The position numbers and the translations under genes were made by a program. The notes beneath the pieces are model-generated. The model did no database searches. It worked only from the letters and a program-made list of their open reading frames with translations, and was not told the DNA's origin. Positions 61,754 to 64,000 of a stretch of DNA of 64,000 nt are shown piece by piece. The stretch's first letter is position 1. The number at the start of each line of letters is the position of its first letter. This DNA is from Octopus bimaculoides (lineage: Eukaryota), in the NCBI RefSeq assembly GCF_001194135.2, contig NC_068988.1, positions 17,541,419 through 17,605,418 on the forward strand, in the 5' to 3' direction.

Positions 61754-63650
61754 TCTGTTTTTATTTTTATATTCTTTTATTGCTAAAACAAATTATTTTT
61801 ATTATGGTTATTTATTTATTGGTCTGTTATTAATGTAGATAAGAATTTGTTTTCGATGTATTTCAAAGCAAAATTAATAAAATCTTATATGAACGTCTCC
61901 TTCAAGCTAACCTAGCAATGTAAGTAGATGTATACATTAGTATCTTTCTTATATGAATACAATATTCTGTTTTCGACTGAGTATGAATGCATAAATAATG
62001 ATCGTTTTTATGCTTGTGTCTATGTCTATGTGATCGTTGCCGTTGTCTGTGCTGAATATGATGGAGTTATACGGAAAACGATAGAGAAAATGTGTGTATG
62101 TATGTATGTGTGTGTATGTATATATATGTGTGTGTCTGTGTGTATGTATATATATATATATACGTGTGTGTGTGTGTGTGTGTGTGTTTGTGTGTGCATA
62201 TATGTATTATTGAGCAATATTATCTACATTTATTTCTATTGTTCAAGTTTTGTACGTTATTAAAATATTGTCATTACTAATATAACAAAAGACGATGGAT
62301 TTAGAAAGAAAATATTGCCGAATTAATGGTATTACGATTTACTCTCAACTCTCACGGCTTTTATTTGCTTCCTATTGGGGTAAATAAAAGAACTCCGACA
62401 ATATGATTTTCGTTTAGACTTAATTATAATTTAGTATGTAAGAAATGATCATTTTCAAGCACATAATCCTTCTCATCATATGTTGCATATCAATCATTAT
62501 TATCGTCGTTAAATTTATCAATATTATTTTTCAGTATCAAAAATATTTTTAATACAGATATACACCGATTTTTTTTTCTTTCATTTTAAAGAATGATGCA
62601 CAATGTGGAAGATATGCATAGAAACAACTAGTCAACAAGTCGTTAGTATACTGTGCATTAGCAATATATGCAGACCCACGCGTTTCTATTTTCTCAAATG
62701 CTTCCATGTCCGTGCATAGAACTTAACATGTTATATTTAGAACAAAAAACAAAACATTCTGTATACACCTAACGGGATCATTTACAAAATAGAACAAAGG
62801 GCATGTATGTTACAATTCATGTAGGTCTGAAATCAATAGTGTTTAGTATCTGAGCACAGTTAGTTTGGAGTGTTAAGTCAAACGAACTTCTGTAGTTTTA
62901 TCGTATTGCGAAGTCAAATACTAGAAATCTTTCGTCACTTTTATCATGGAGAATGTCACCAGACTAAAAGTTGCTTAGTAGTTGTATGATAAAGTTCCGA
63001 AGATGCATTTAATCATCATCGGATTTTAAAAGAGGATCACTAGCGTATGGTGGAGATTTTAAAGAGGAGGTCTCTGGGGTAAATAGATAATTTTTCGCTA
63101 TGCCATTATATTTCCAACTGTATCTGCCAGCAAATGCTGCTGGGCATTGTAATAGAGAACGGATTAGTGTTCAAGAAAATAGACCATATACATAATATTT
63201 GTCATCACTGTCGCAGATAACAAAAGTCTAAACTTACACGAAATGGTTGGTTTGTCGTTCATGTATATTGCTTCTAGTCTTAATTACAGTTATTCAGGAT
63301 TTAGATATCCAGAGTAGAATCATTTCTGCATTATTCTATGAAGTATACCGCCCATAGAAGTACTGGTCTGGTAAAGGCATGCTTTTTTAAGTGTTCATTA
63401 TACGGAACTTGTGTCCTGTTTATGTCGTAAAATTTTTATTATGATCACTATGGATCTAATTTACATAGATGATACAAAGACAAATACAAACAGATGTACA
63501 AAATGTATGAGTTCTTTTTAAACATTTTTTACGATGTTTTTATAAAATTTAAAAAACGATGACTTTGAATATTCAGACATACATATGCATGCATACCCAC
63601 ACACATCTATATAAATATATATATATATATATACACATATATACATACAT

Positions 63651-63683
<33 letters not shown>

Positions 63684-63769
63684 TACCCATACATACACCT
63701 ACACACATGTATGTCTATAAAAAGAAGGGGAGATTGGGTTTTTCAACCCGGCAGCCTATAAGGCCCAGC

Positions 63770-64000
63770 AGTTCTTATCTTTTTCCTTAACAAATATTCT
63801 ATCTATATACGATCTGCGTGAGCCGTCGTTATTACTCCACGTCCACTGTGGAACGCTCGGCTCATCCAGTCGGTAACGGTCTACTAGATTAAAGCTCTCT
63901 AGTAGACCTCTGAGGCAAGAATTTCCTTTCCTATCAGCGGAGCCTACACTATCAACTCGCGCATCGAGAATAGTGTTGAAGTCCCCTAACAATACTATGG
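63770..64000 (-). mobile_element. L1/Tx1-clade LINE ORF2 apurinic endonuclease fragment (continues past the window edge)
   Basis: LGDFNTILDAR.D...LVDRYRL...PQWTWSN..GSRRSYIDRIF: GDFN and SxIDR endonuclease motifs. Confidence 0.9.

Overview
Eukaryotic, AT-rich, repeat-dense and almost entirely non-coding DNA with ten N-gaps, most flanked by (TA)n/(CA)n/(TG)n microsatellites. The repeat families look like octopus (coleoid cephalopod) elements in a short-read draft assembly; this is inferred from recalled repeat sequences, not from a database search. No intact multi-exon gene or long functional ORF can be shown. Most ORFs in the supplied track are microsatellite or gap artefacts, and the rest are decayed transposons. 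These include two Penelope-like elements, an R4/Dong-type LINE, a mariner, a Helitron with both termini, two L1/Tx1 pieces and a CR1-like LINE. There are also three tRNA-derived SINE families (labelled A, B and C here) and an unclassified family (D). The strongest non-repeat signal is a textbook recursive-splice (ratchet) site on the + strand at 25106/25107: branch point, 24-nt pure pyrimidine tract, then CAG|GTAAGT. It suggests that much of the window is a long intron. Several small candidate exons are listed at low to moderate confidence; their phases are not all compatible, so some are certainly false. The SINEs show unusual modular behaviour: tail swapping, self-insertion, a shared hairpin, and a six-copy stack with an apparent age gradient. 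Several inverted repeats could form long dsRNA in pre-mRNA.
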